Assembly: GCF_963921235.1 (NCBI RefSeq)
Contig: NC_086108.1
Span: 33,978,001 to 34,042,000 of the forward strand
DNA from: Mobula hypostoma
Lineage: Eukaryota
Direction of reading: 5' to 3'
DNA: 64,000 bases
The notes below the pieces were generated by a model. That model did no database searches, was not told where the DNA came from, and saw only the letters and a list, made by a program, of their open reading frames with translations. Within the stretch, counting starts at the first letter, position 1; the number at the start of each line of letters is the position of its first letter. A program made the position numbers and the translations under genes. Shown one piece after another: positions 1 to 10,602 of this stretch.

Positions 1-2295
1 CCCTGCTGTGTGTCGAGGCGAAGATCTTCCTCAGCGCAGTTTCTAACCGGCTGTGCACCTACCTAGCAAAGAACACTTATATTGATACATCAGTCCAGAA
101 GGGTGGCATTTCAGGGATGCCAGGCTGTCTGGAGCACATCGGTGTGGTGACACAGCTCATCAGGGAGGCCAGAGAGAACAAAGGCAACCTGTCATTGCTG
201 TGGCTCGACCTGGCAAATGCATATGGCTCCATTCCGCACAAGCTGGTGCAGCTCACACTGACCAAATATCACGTCCCCAGCAGAATCAGAGACCTTATTG
301 CTGATTATTACAGCAACTTCAGGATGAGGGTCTCTTCAGGAGCAATTACATCAACCTGGCACAAGGTGGAGATTGGCATCATCACAGGGTGCACTATCTC
401 AGTGACACTGTTCTCCCTAGCCATGAACATGCTCACTAAGTCTGCTGAACCAGAGTGCAGAGGGCCCAGAATGAATTCCGCTCAACGGCAACCACCTACC
501 AGGGCATTCATGGATGACCTCACAGTCACCAAAGAATCAGTCCCAGGCTGCCGGAGGATTCTGCAGGGGCTCAAAAAGCTGGTGGAGTGGACCTGGATGC
601 GTTTCAAACCTGCCAAATCAAGATCGATGGTGCTGAGGAAAGGGAAGGTGAAGAATAAGTTCCAGTTCAGCATCGCAGGCACAGCCATCCCAACCATCAC
701 AGAAAAGCCAGTCAAGAGCTTACGTAAAGTTTTTGACAGCTCTTTAAGGGACACAACATCCACTCAGGCAACCTGCACCAAGTTGGATGGCTGGCTGAAA
801 TCTGTGGACAAGTCTGGCCTACCTGGGAAGTTTAAAGCCTGGGTGTATCAGCATGGCATTCTTCCCAGAATCCTGTGGCCCCTCCTCGTCTATGCAGTTC
901 CGATCTTGACAGTTGAAACCTTAGAGTGGAGGGTTAGCAACCACCTCAGGAGATGGCTGGGGCTGCCAAAGAGCCTGAGCAGCATCGCACTCTATGGACA
1001 CCACAACAAACTGCAACTGCCCTTCAAATCCTTGGAGGAAGAATTCAAGGTAACAAGAGCCAGAGAAGTGCTACAGTTTAGGGACTCAAGTGATCCGAAG
1101 GTGGCTAGAGCAGGGATCCAAGTAAGTACTGGCAGGAAGTGGAGGGCAGAGGAAGCTGTTCAGGAGGCAGAGGCGAGGCTGCGTCACAGGAGGCTGGTGG
1201 GAGTGGTCACACGAGGCCGAGCTGGGCTAGGATCCTTTCCAACTCCCCAAATGGACACCAGAGGGAGGGAAAGGCGTTGTCTAGTTCAGGAGGAGGTGAG
1301 AGCAGTAGTGGAGGAGATGAGAGCCTGCAAGGTGGTGGGAATGAAGCAACAGGGAGCTTGGACAAGATGGGAGAATGCGGTTGAGAGGAAATTGACCAGG
1401 GATGATCTTTGGAAAGTTGAACCACACCGCATCCAATTTCTCATCCAGGCAGTGTACGATGTGCTTCCAAGCCCATCAAACCTGCACACATGGCGCAAGG
1501 CAGAGTCATCTGCGTGCCCACTGTGCTCCAAGCGAGGAACCCTGGAGCACATCCTCAGTGGCTGTGCAAGGGCGCTTGGTGAGGGACGGTACAGGTGGAG
1601 GCATGATCAGGTCCTGAAGACCATCGCTGAAGCCGTCAGCGCAGGAGTTGAGTGGGCGAAGCAGTCCCGACCCTCCAAGCAGACCATTGCCTTTGTCAGA
1701 GCTGGGGAGCAGCCAATACCTGCCAAAAGAACATCTGCAGGCATTCTGACCTCTGCAAGGGACTGGCAGCTGTTGGTGGACCTCGAAGGGCAGCTGAAGT
1801 TCCCCAACCATATCGCAGCCATCACCCTGTGACCAGACATTGTCCTAGTGTCTGAGTCTACTAAGCAAGTGGTGCTGCTGGAGCTGACAGTCCCATGGGA
1901 AGATAGCTTGGAAGAGGCCTTTGAAAAGTAGCTCTCCAAGTACACAGGACTGGTCAGCAACTGTCAGCAGGCTGGATGGAGAGCGAGGTGTCTCACAGTG
2001 GAGGGTGGTTGTGGGGGATTCATAGCCCGTTCTTTAGTTAGAGCCTTCAGCATTTTGGGCATCGAGGGAGAGAGGAAGAGGAGAGCCATCCGCAGTACCA
2101 CCGATGCGGCAGAGAGGGCCTCAAGATGGCTGTGGCTCAAAAGAGTCACAAGTAGCTAGCCATCTGGACATAAGCTGGGGTCTGATCAGCCCCGGCTGGG
2201 TCACCTGGAGGAGGTTGTATGTTGTTGAAAGACCCGAAACACCCGATGATTCCAGGAACATCACTGAAGATGTGTCCAGAAGCATCAATAAATGT
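1..2295 (+). mobile_element. HERO-like (R2/NeSL group) non-LTR retrotransposon, 3' part; runs off the window start
   Basis: RT motifs WLDLANAYGSIPH, GIITGCTIS and FMDDL; CCHC finger CPLC..LEHILSGC; RWRHD; RLE endonuclease PDIVL..LLELTVPWE; 3' UTR ending in AATAAA at ~2287. Confidence 0.88.
117..2150 (+). pseudogene. RT-zinc knuckle-RLE ORF with premature stops
   Basis: ORF 117..1832 stops at TGA 1830 (L*PD where LRPD is expected). The frame continues into the RLE motif, with a second stop at ~1929. Confidence 0.85.
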
Positions 2296-2427
2296 ATGTA
2301 CACAGTAAATGCCAATTTATATTTTTCTTATGTACTTTATGCAGCCCTATTACTTTCTATTGGAGTTGCTGTTGAGCTATTTCATGTTTTTTTCTGTATG
2401 GTAACACATTTGGCATTTTCACTATGG

Positions 2428-2558
2428 AGACACAGGTGTGACTGCAGATGCTGGAAATCTGGGTCAACACACACAGAGAACTGGAGGAACTCAACTGGTC
2501 AGTCAGCATCTATGGAGGAAAATGAACAGTTAACATTTTAGGTCAAGACCCTTCATCA
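2428..2558 (-). repeat. Penelope pLTR-derived short repeat with degenerate hammerhead core
   Basis: ctgcagatgctggaaatc...ggaggaactc...gacccttcatca; the same unit recurs at ~37510, 39590, 44930, 57030, 57380 and 57885. Confidence 0.7.
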
Positions 2559-2671
2559 ATGTGTTGGTATTGTCATCGCACTGATCATCAAAGAGAGCAA
2601 CAAAATGTTCACAACTGATCATGACCCATAATGGTTACTAGATTATAATATCTACTAATCATATTCTGAAT

Positions 2672-3357
2672 GATGGAGAAGATGGCGGCGCGACGGCAGC
2701 GTGTGCGGCCTCTCCGCTGATGAATATCTGTTATCTGTCAAGTAGGGGACCGTGCACAATTCTGACTTGATGGAGACAGACACGGGTGCATAGTGGAACA
2801 TCTGGAAAACTTCTGAAATGACTGCTTCGCTGTTGCTGCTACTGTGTGGTAACCGGAATCGCTGGAGCTGAAGGCCTCGAAATCCTTGGGTTTGTGTGTG
2901 TCAGCGGCCGGGGAGAAGTCGAAGGCGCTCGGTGGAGGATGGGGCTCGGGAGGCTGTATCGGAGAGGCTGCTCAGAAGCTCGGAGTTTTCGGACGGATGG
3001 ACTCAGGGTCGGCTGGGGTTGGCTGCTTCCAAGGCATCGGCAAGTTGACGGTGCCTGGAGGTTTATGGCAGGGAGTTTCTCCCTTTTGCCACCACTATCA
3101 GGAACTCGGGAGTCGTTGACTCGGGGACTTTGAGACTTTTTTTTACTGTGCCTATGGACTGTTCTTCATCAAATTATGGTATTGCTTTGCACTGCTGTAA
3201 CTGTATGTTATAATTATGTGGTTCTGTCAGTGTTAGTCTTTGGTCTGTCTTGTTTTCTGTGATATCACTCCGGAGAAACATTGCATCATTTCTTAATGCA
3301 TATATGCACTTCTAAATGACAATACTAGAGGACTGAGTGTTCTCATAATCATAATCT
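2672..3357 (+). mobile_element. Non-autonomous LINE-derived retroposon (GC-rich AAGATGGCG head, Rex/L2-like 3' tail)
   Basis: Starts gagaagatggcggcg, has a CpG-rich body and no RT homology; its AT-rich tail ends in short (ataatc) repeats. Confidence 0.55.
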
Positions 3358-4462
3358 ACTACAATACCTTATCACATCGGTCACTAATCAAAGTAAGGCT
3401 TAAACCTTTCCAACATTGTTCTCCTGACATAAAATCTAAGATCATTAAAAATAAAGTTGTTACAAGTAAATAGTAGGTGATCAGTACATGGCATTCAGAA
3501 TATGGTTAGAATCTATTTTATCGCAAAGGTATCTCAGTTTTTGCTTGTTTAGTCTTCTGTGGGTTCCTTGATCATTAAATAAATATTTCTTCCATGCTTT
3601 TTATTTGGTATGATGCAATTCTGCATTCAGTATGGTTAGAAATCAAGTACAGCTTCCTCCTGGTACTTATATGTCTTAAGTTAATTTGAGAAGAGAAAAT
3701 CCTACATCACTTGTGGAATATTCCATACTTTTTTCTAGTCTTGCTGGAAGTTGGTGTGCAATTAATATTAATATACTCAAAAGCAAAAAAAGTATTCTAT
3801 GATCAGTCTAATTACTGTAAGCAAGATGATTACCCTTGGTGCCCAAGCAGCTAATAAATATTAATATTTTTATTCCATATAAATCTAGATTCCAGCTATA
3901 AAACATGAATTTTATGATCTTTTGCACACCTATTTTCAACAGTATGTCATCTACAATATTATTCAAAACTATGTCAGGGTCTGAATTAAAGTAGCATTAT
4001 TTTTCAAAATGAGTATTGTGCATTTTAAAACATAATCTGATTCTGTTATTAAAATATAAAACAGTAAGTTCTGACAGTAATCTAGTATAATATGTGACTG
4101 CACCTTGAGGCTTTTACAGAAATGCACAAAGGCATAATTTGCACCAGATTGATGCATAATTCCTCATCAGTTTGAACGTAAATATATCTTATGGTGTGAT
4201 GACAGAATCAATAAGAGAATGCAGTAATTGTAGTTTAACACTAGACAACGCGGTGACCCGTTGGGGCATCCTTTGAGAGAAGGGTAGTGCAGTCTGATGT
4301 GACCAGAATGAAGACTAAATTTTCCTGAATGCTATTGGTATCACTTTGCTTTGGAAACTGAAGTAGAAAACCTCAGTCTATTAAAGAAGAACGACGCATA
4401 GCAAAGCAAATATAGATCCTCCTCGTTTAATGAAGGACACTTTTGATGACATCATTTCTGGT

Positions 4463-4849
4463 TTATCTGCCACTCTTGTGCCTCTCGTTGTCATTCTGGA
4501 GACGTGCAGTCCTTTCATCCCCCGTCTCTTCATCTCTTCTGCTGTATGTTCTTTGTCTCTGATCCTGTAGACGTGCATTTCTCAGCTCTTTTGTCTCTTC
4601 CTCTCTCCTCCTTCTGTGCCTGTTTTTGTCATTCTGGGGACGTGTAGTCTTTTCATCCCCTGTCTCTTCATCTCTTCTGCTGTTTGTTGTTTGTCTCTGA
4701 TCCTGGAGACGTGCATGCCTCTCCTCCTCTGTCTCTTCATCTCTCATCTGTTTTTGTCCTGACTCTTTTATCCTGGAGTTGTGCGGCCCTGGCCTCATCC
4801 AATTCTTGTTCTCTCCCTCTGCTTGTCGCTTCCTGACAATGTTTGGCAT
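4463..4849 (-). pseudogene. Helitron N-terminal fragment with four 23-aa STPR-type repeats
   Basis: RDEETEEERHARLQDQRQTTNSR / RDEETGDEKTTRPQNDKNRHRRR / REEETKELRNARLQDQRQRTYSR / RDEETGDERTARLQNDNERHKSG; no Rep or helicase domain follows. Confidence 0.7.
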
Positions 4850-5472
4850 TCATCTCTTGACCATAATGTCCCCCTTCCCTTTCCACGCGGCATAATTAGG
4901 CAGACCTTTTTTTTTTACCCTAATGCTGGATAGAAGATACGAAGCAGTAACACCAAAGGATGCTGATTATTCTTGATGATGTGGTTGGTGCTCTCCTAAA
5001 TGGACGTGATATAGTCACCGCTGTCCTTTGACTGCAGCAAAGGGTTTTATGGGTGTCTTGAAGTACGTCATTACAATAAGATTTAACTATCTCTTATTGA
5101 TGGGTGGCCATTAGATCTGTCCCAATCTTGCACATGCTGATGGTGATTAGCAGAATGTGACCCCTCAAAATAGAACTGCCCTGCCTTTTTGCTGCGGTAC
5201 GTGTCGTTGATGAGGCTGGCTGTGTGCATGTGTTGGGCTGTGGCGTCCCAATTTCCATGATAGCAGATCATCTCTTGGGTGAAAGTGAGCCCGTTGATTT
5301 TGGCAAATGAGCAATTTTATATGAATACGTAACCCTGAACTTGGCCTGCATTCTGTAAGTTAGCGCATTTTAATTCGATTTAGCCAAAAAAAGTGCCACT
5401 GTAATGCACTGTTTGCACAAATTGGAGGTCAGAAACAGACAGACAGAGCATGAGAGTTTTAGTAGTATATAG

Positions 5473-6330
5473 TGTTACGTACCCCGTAACTGGGTTGCCA
5501 AACCAGCAGAAATGGATCACTCAGTTGGAGTCTGGAGTACTAGAACTAAGAAAGTTTTATTAAAGAAACAAGCAACACAGTAATCGAAAGGATAATAAAT
5601 GCAACAATTCAACAATGATAACCACACATGTGCACAGAATTAAGATAACAGCATCAATCAAGCTCTATCGTTGTCTAGGGGTAAATGACCAATTTCAAAA
5701 TGACTCAAAGTTCAGTCCAGTTTGTAGTTCAGTTCGCAGTAATCGTTGTCATGGCGATGGACAAGGTGGGGAAGAGAGACATAGAATAGGAACAACTCAT
5801 CATTCAGCACAGCTTCACTCACAGACCAGCGAGATGGCTCACAAACAGCATTTGGGCGGGTCCTTGGTGATGTCACCTGAGGTCACCGACTGTGACCCCT
5901 CCTCCAGATGCGGTCGATCCTCTGCAGTGAACCCGGCACCCAGGCAAGGGCGGACACACACCGGGTTCCCGCTGATCGTACCTTTCCACCCTGGTCGTTG
6001 TCTGGCACTTCTCACCCACTCGTGAGAAGCGTACCGCTTCCAGGGTCTCGTTACCTCGGGTGGCGTGTGTGTCTGTCTTAGCGAACCTGTCCCTTTTTAT
6101 CCCCCTGCTGGGGTATCGCCTGTCCATCACTTCAAACAGTTCAGGGTTCAAAGGGGGGAGCCGCTCCAGACAGCTTTCTCTCCCACATCCCTTCATTACA
6201 CATCTCCAGACGCTGCTCCATTGTTCCTTATCTCTCCTTCCCCTGAGGGCAGGTGGCAGACCAACTGCTGATGCCACTGATGCTAGCCCAGGCCAGCAAA
6301 CATCTTAATTTTATGTGTATTCTCGTAACA
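5473..6330 (-). repeat. 3' LTR (858 bp)
   Basis: tgttacg...cgtaaca termini; AATAAA on the minus strand at ~5556-5561. Confidence 0.95.
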
Positions 6331-6342
6331 CTTCCCCCCTTT
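6331..6342 (-). other. Polypurine tract
   Basis: AAAGGGGGGAAG on the minus strand, abutting the 3' LTR. Confidence 0.9.
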
Positions 6343-6585
6343 AAGGATTTTTACCGGGAGGTAAAAATTACAAACATGACTACATTATCTGATACATACA
6401 CAATATACATCTTTAACAGTTATTTAGCTAATACAGAGAATTTGAAGCTGTCAACACCTTGACAGACAGTCATCACATTTTCTGTTCCTTTTACACGTGT
6501 TATTAATAATCCCTTAGACCAGGCTCCAACTCAGCAAACTTCATAGTGGCCAAAAACACTGATGAATTGCGACCAATGTAACCTC

Positions 6586-9465
6586 TCATTTGGTTTTTTG
6601 TCCCGGACCACAACAACAAGGGTCGTCCCATTCCGACTCAGTTTTCTCTCGCAGGGGCTTAGTAGGAGGGGGACGGGTATTGACCGCAGAGTTATTGCAA
6701 AACTTCCTGCAGTACCCCACCATCTCCAAAAGCCTTCTGAGGGCCCTCTTGTCTGTCGGGGTTGGGAGGTCAGCGATAGCCTGCACTGTAGCTTGCATCA
6801 CTGCCAGCTGCCCCTGTGTCACCACAATTCCCAGGTAAGTGACATTCGTGTGGCCGAATTCATTTTTTCCAAGGCTCACTATCACGCTGGCTTCAGACAG
6901 CCGTATTAAATTGCCAATACACACCTCTGTGTTCATCAGCCCTTTAGTCACTGAATTACTCGAAAAATATGGGTGTTGTTTGCTTGGCTGCCCTATTGTA
7001 ACCACAATCACCCAACGTCCCAGTTCTTTGCATTTCCTCGGGGCAATCAAACACATGGGTGCGAGTCGTTTAATTACTCCTTCGGGGATTAAGGGAGAGA
7101 CCTTATCAGTAGACCTGGCCAAAAGAATAGCCTTCTCCCATCTGACCGATCCCATCCTAATCTTTTCAAAATGGTTTTTTCCTCTTAGCAGGGGGCCCCT
7201 AGCTTCATTGATTTCCACGCTAACACCGACTAGGTTTGTTAGCATATCAAAAGCCGGTGACCGTCTCAGTTCGCGTCGGTCATGATCAATAACATTCTTC
7301 CCCCTGGGCAGCCGGTAAATCTCTTTCATGATTCCACCAACTGTTTCCCCCAGCACCGCAAAATGTCCACCGGGGGGTACCTCGTGGGCCATGTTAAAAA
7401 CCTCATCCCCATAACTCTCTTGCACCACCCCCCACTCCTCATCTGCGGATACTGTCCTTGATTTCCCTTTCTTCCTTAGCACTTCCTCATCCGCACAATA
7501 GCTTGTCAAGGCTGTGTCAGAGAGAGCGGTCTCGGCAAAAACCATCAGCCCCTCGTCTCGCTCTTGCGTCTGCACAAATTCTTTCCTGGCTACTGCTACG
7601 TCCGTCCCAGCTCCCTCACTACCTCTTATCTCACTACACCCTGTCTCATACAAGGTTGGCAGAAATGTTTCAGCCAAATTCACCATCGCGGGCGGGGCCT
7701 CCATGCTGGCAGGCTGACCCGTCAATCTCACGACTGGGAACACGATTCCTCCGGCGATGTCATTACCGAGCAAGACTTCCACGTCTTTCATCGGTAATTC
7801 GGACCTCACCCCGATCGTGACTAGTCCAGAGACCAGGTTGCTCTGTAAATGTATCTGGTGCAAAGGGACTGACTCTGTCCCTTCCCCAACACCTTTGACC
7901 TCTACCTCCCCAGTCTGGGTCTCTGAGCTAAACTCTAATACACTCTTCAGTATTAGTGACTGACACGCTCCCGTGTCTCTCCAGATCCGCACTGGAACTG
8001 GTTTTAACCTCTTTTTCACTGACACCAGTCCGGCCGAGATAAACCTCTCGCGCCCTTCCTGGACTTTTTCAGACCTGTCCTTCCCTAGCGGTTCACTTAA
8101 CAGCTCGATACAGCCATTCAAAATTTCCGCTTTTCCTTTCCCCGTCTCCTTCCTTGGGGCAAAGCACCTGGACGCAAAGTGTCCGACTTTCCCACAATTA
8201 TAACAGACGACCCCAGGAGACTTCCTACCAGACTGCTCCCGGTCTACCTTATCCTTTTCACTAGTCCCCGGCTTACTTTCTGACTTTTCCGGCGGACTCT
8301 CCCCGCCGTCCTGACTACCCTTCTGGTAGCCTTTACTCGGGGCAACCTTCATTTTATGCGTCAACGCATACTCATCCGCTAACTTAGCAGTTGCGGCTAA
8401 CGTGGCTGCCTCTTTCTCATCGAGGTAGGGTCTCATACCCTCAGGGACACAACCTTTAAACTGCTCAATCAGAATCAGCTGCAGCAGTCTGTCATAATCC
8501 CCCTCTACCCGCTTCGAGGCGCACCAACGCTCACAATATGTTTGCATCTCGCGAGCAAACTCCAAATACGTGCGGTCCCACCGCTTCCTCGCATTCCGGA
8601 ACCTCTGCCGGTATGCCTCCGGGACCAACTCATAAATCCTGAGGATGGCCTCCTTCACCACCTCATACTTCTGGGCATCTTCCGCGGATAAAGCGGAGTA
8701 AGCTTGTTGGGCCTTCCCTTTCAGTACACTCTGAAGTAAGACAACCCACTTATCCCTCGGCCATTCCTGACTTATGGCCACTTTTTCGAAATGGAGAAAG
8801 TACCGATCCACATCGGTATCGTCAAATGGGGGAACCAGCCTAACCTCCTGGGTCGCCCGGAACCCTCCACCTTGGTTCGGCACGAGCCCCTGCTCGGCCC
8901 TTATCTTTAACTTCTCCAGCTCAAATTCCCTTTCCCTCTGTTTCTCCTCTCTCTCCAACTGTCTGTCCCTCTCTCTCTCTTCTCTCTCCAACTGTCTGTC
9001 CCTCTCTCTCTCTTCTCTCTCCAACTGTCTTTCTCTCTCTTGCCTTTCTACCTCTTTCTCTCTCTCCCGCCTTTCTAACTCTCTCTCTTTCTCCTGCCTT
9101 TCTAACTCTCTCTCTTTCTCCTGCCTTTCTAACTCTCTCTCTTTCTCCTGCCTTTCTAACTCTCTCTCTTTCTCCTGCCTTTCTAACTGCCGTACCCGGA
9201 ACTCGTGCTCGAGTCTCAGTTTTTCAAGCTGTACCTGTACCGCGTCTCCAGCAGGTTTTTCAATAGACACCTCCCCCAGCTCACCTTGGGGAAACACACC
9301 TTTAGATACATAGTGCTCTACAATAGCTCTGTGTATCTCCTCTCTCCTCATTGTCGACTTCACCTTAGCAAGATTCACCCGTTTTGCCACAGCTATCAAT
9401 TCCGATTTCCTGGCATCCTCTAATGCCTCCAAGGTCGGCGCCTTTATAAATTCCTCAACCTCCAT
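6586..9465 (-). CDS. 959-aa SCAN-Gag-CCHC-aspartic protease fused to integrase and RT relics
   Basis: SCAN-like segment (YELVPEAYRQRFR...LILIEQFKGCVP), CYNCGKVGHFASRC knuckle, RDTGA and LLGND protease motifs, AHEVPPGGHF integrase zinc-finger half, KQHPY, TYLG and GYCRKF RT remnants. Confidence 0.9.
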   Translation of the reverse strand: MEVEEFIKAPTLEALEDARKSELIAVAKRVNLAKVKSTMRREEIHRAIVEHYVSKGVFPQGELGEVSIEKPAGDAVQVQLEKLRLEHEFRVRQLERQEKERELERQEKERELERQEKERELERQEKERELERREREKEVERQERERQLEREERERDRQLEREERERDRQLEREEKQREREFELEKLKIRAEQGLVPNQGGGFRATQEVRLVPPFDDTDVDRYFLHFEKVAISQEWPRDKWVVLLQSVLKGKAQQAYSALSAEDAQKYEVVKEAILRIYELVPEAYRQRFRNARKRWDRTYLEFAREMQTYCERWCASKRVEGDYDRLLQLILIEQFKGCVPEGMRPYLDEKEAATLAATAKLADEYALTHKMKVAPSKGYQKGSQDGGESPPEKSESKPGTSEKDKVDREQSGRKSPGVVCYNCGKVGHFASRCFAPRKETGKGKAEILNGCIELLSEPLGKDRSEKVQEGRERFISAGLVSVKKRLKPVPVRIWRDTGACQSLILKSVLEFSSETQTGEVEVKGVGEGTESVPLHQIHLQSNLVSGLVTIGVRSELPMKDVEVLLGNDIAGGIVFPVVRLTGQPASMEAPPAMVNLAETFLPTLYETGCSEIRGSEGAGTDVAVARKEFVQTQERDEGLMVFAETALSDTALTSYCADEEVLRKKGKSRTVSADEEWGVVQESYGDEVFNMAHEVPPGGHFAVLGETVGGIMKEIYRLPRGKNVIDHDRRELRRSPAFDMLTNLVGVSVEINEARGPLLRGKNHFEKIRMGSVRWEKAILLARSTDKVSPLIPEGVIKRLAPMCLIAPRKCKELGRWVIVVTIGQPSKQHPYFSSNSVTKGLMNTEVCIGNLIRLSEASVIVSLGKNEFGHTNVTYLGIVVTQGQLAVMQATVQAIADLPTPTDKRALRRLLEMVGYCRKFCNNSAVNTRPPPTKPLREKTESEWDDPCCCGPGQKTK

Positions 9466-9541
9466 TTCCGCTGTTTGTCTTTTCTTTCTTTTGGGAATTT
9501 TAACCCAATCAATTTACTCCGTCCCAAATTTAGCGTTCAAA

Positions 9542-9559
9542 ATCCCGGACGAGCCCCCA
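9542..9559 (-). other. Primer binding site, tRNA-Pro
   Basis: TGGGGGCTCGTCCGGGAT, 4 nt from the 5' LTR. Confidence 0.95.
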
Positions 9560-9563
9560 CTTA

Positions 9564-10303
9564 TGTTACGTACCCCGTAACTGGGTTGCCAAACCAGCAG
9601 AAATGGATCACTCAGTTGGAGTCTGGAGTACTAGAACTAAGAAAGTTTTATTAAAGAAACAAGCAACACAGTAATCGAAAGGATAATAAATGCAACAATT
9701 CAACAATGATAACCACACATGTGCACAGAATTAAGATAACAGCATCAATCAAGCTCTATCGTTGTCTAGGGGTAAATGACCAATTTCAAAATGACTCAAA
9801 GTTCAGTCCAGTTTGTAGTTCAGTTCGCAGTAATCCTTGGTGATGTCACCTGAGGTCACCGACTGTGACCCCTCCTCCAGATGCGGTCGATCCTCTGCAG
9901 TGAACCCGGCACCCAGGCAAGGGCGGACACACACCGGGTTCCCGCTGATCGTACCTTTCCACCCTGGTCGTTGTCTGGCACTTCTCACCCACTCGTGAGA
10001 AGCGTACCGCTTCCAGGGTCTCGTTACCTCGGGTGGCGTGTGTGTCTGTCTTAGCGAACCTGTCCCTTTTTATCCCCCTGCTGGGGTATCGCCTGTCCAT
10101 CACTTCAAACAGTTCAGGGTTCAAAGGGGGGAGCCGCTCCAGACAGCTTTCTCTCCCACATCCCTTCATTACACATCTCCAGACGCTGCTCCATTGTTCC
10201 TTATCTCTCCTTCCCCTGAGGGCAGGTGGCAGACCAACTGCTGATGCCACTGATGCTAGCCCAGGCCAGCAAACATCTTAATTTTATGTGTATTCTCGTA
10301 ACA
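9564..10303 (-). repeat. 5' LTR (740 bp, 118-bp deletion relative to the 3' LTR)
   Basis: Matches 5473-6330 by eye except for loss of 5745-5862; the ORF track gives identical translations in both copies. Confidence 0.95.
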
Positions 10304-10602
10304 ATAGGTAGATGAAGATATTCTCACTTTAAAACTCTAAAAATATCTTAAAATAAGTTTCAAGATCATCCTTGATGCCATAATAGCACTTCAAATATAA
10401 TTTTGATTAACTTTTAGTTTTTTTTCTTATTTCAGTACCACTTGGCCATTGATCACTATTTCATACTACTATGAGTCGTTGAAGGCTTCCATTGAGTTGG
10501 GAAGCCTTTGTTACTTTCATTATTGTAGAGATATGGGAAAGTACATACTTAAATGCAGATATGCAATGCAGAAGAAAAAAAACCTAGCTAATACAAGACA
10601 AT

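Larger units (their letters stand above)
5473..10303 (-). mobile_element. Gmr1-like Ty3/Gypsy LTR retrotransposon, internally deleted and young
   Basis: TG...CA LTRs, ATAG 4-bp TSD (5469-5472 and 10304-10307), tRNA-Pro PBS, PPT, SCAN-Gag, PR-IN-RT domain order. Confidence 0.95.
4241..10312 (-). mobile_element. Non-autonomous Helitron (~1.24 kb once the nested LTR element is removed)
   Basis: On the minus strand it starts TCTACCTATATACTACTAAAA (10312, rejoined across the LTR insertion) and ends with a GC-rich hairpin (4246-4270) plus CTAG (4241). It sits between A and T with no TSD. Confidence 0.8.

Noticed and set aside
2170..2260. Hammerhead-like words (ctgatca, gaaac) in the HERO 3' UTR
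   Set aside because: The core elements and stems are not in a valid hammerhead arrangement.
5615..6308. ORFs duplicated at 9846-10281
   Set aside because: They lie inside the LTRs, so their identity only reflects LTR duplication.
8774..9313. Ser/Leu-rich plus-strand ORFs
   Set aside because: Antisense shadows of the Gag repeat region.
10437..10545. Strong splice-acceptor-like site followed by an open frame
   Set aside because: No good donor and no recognisable peptide.
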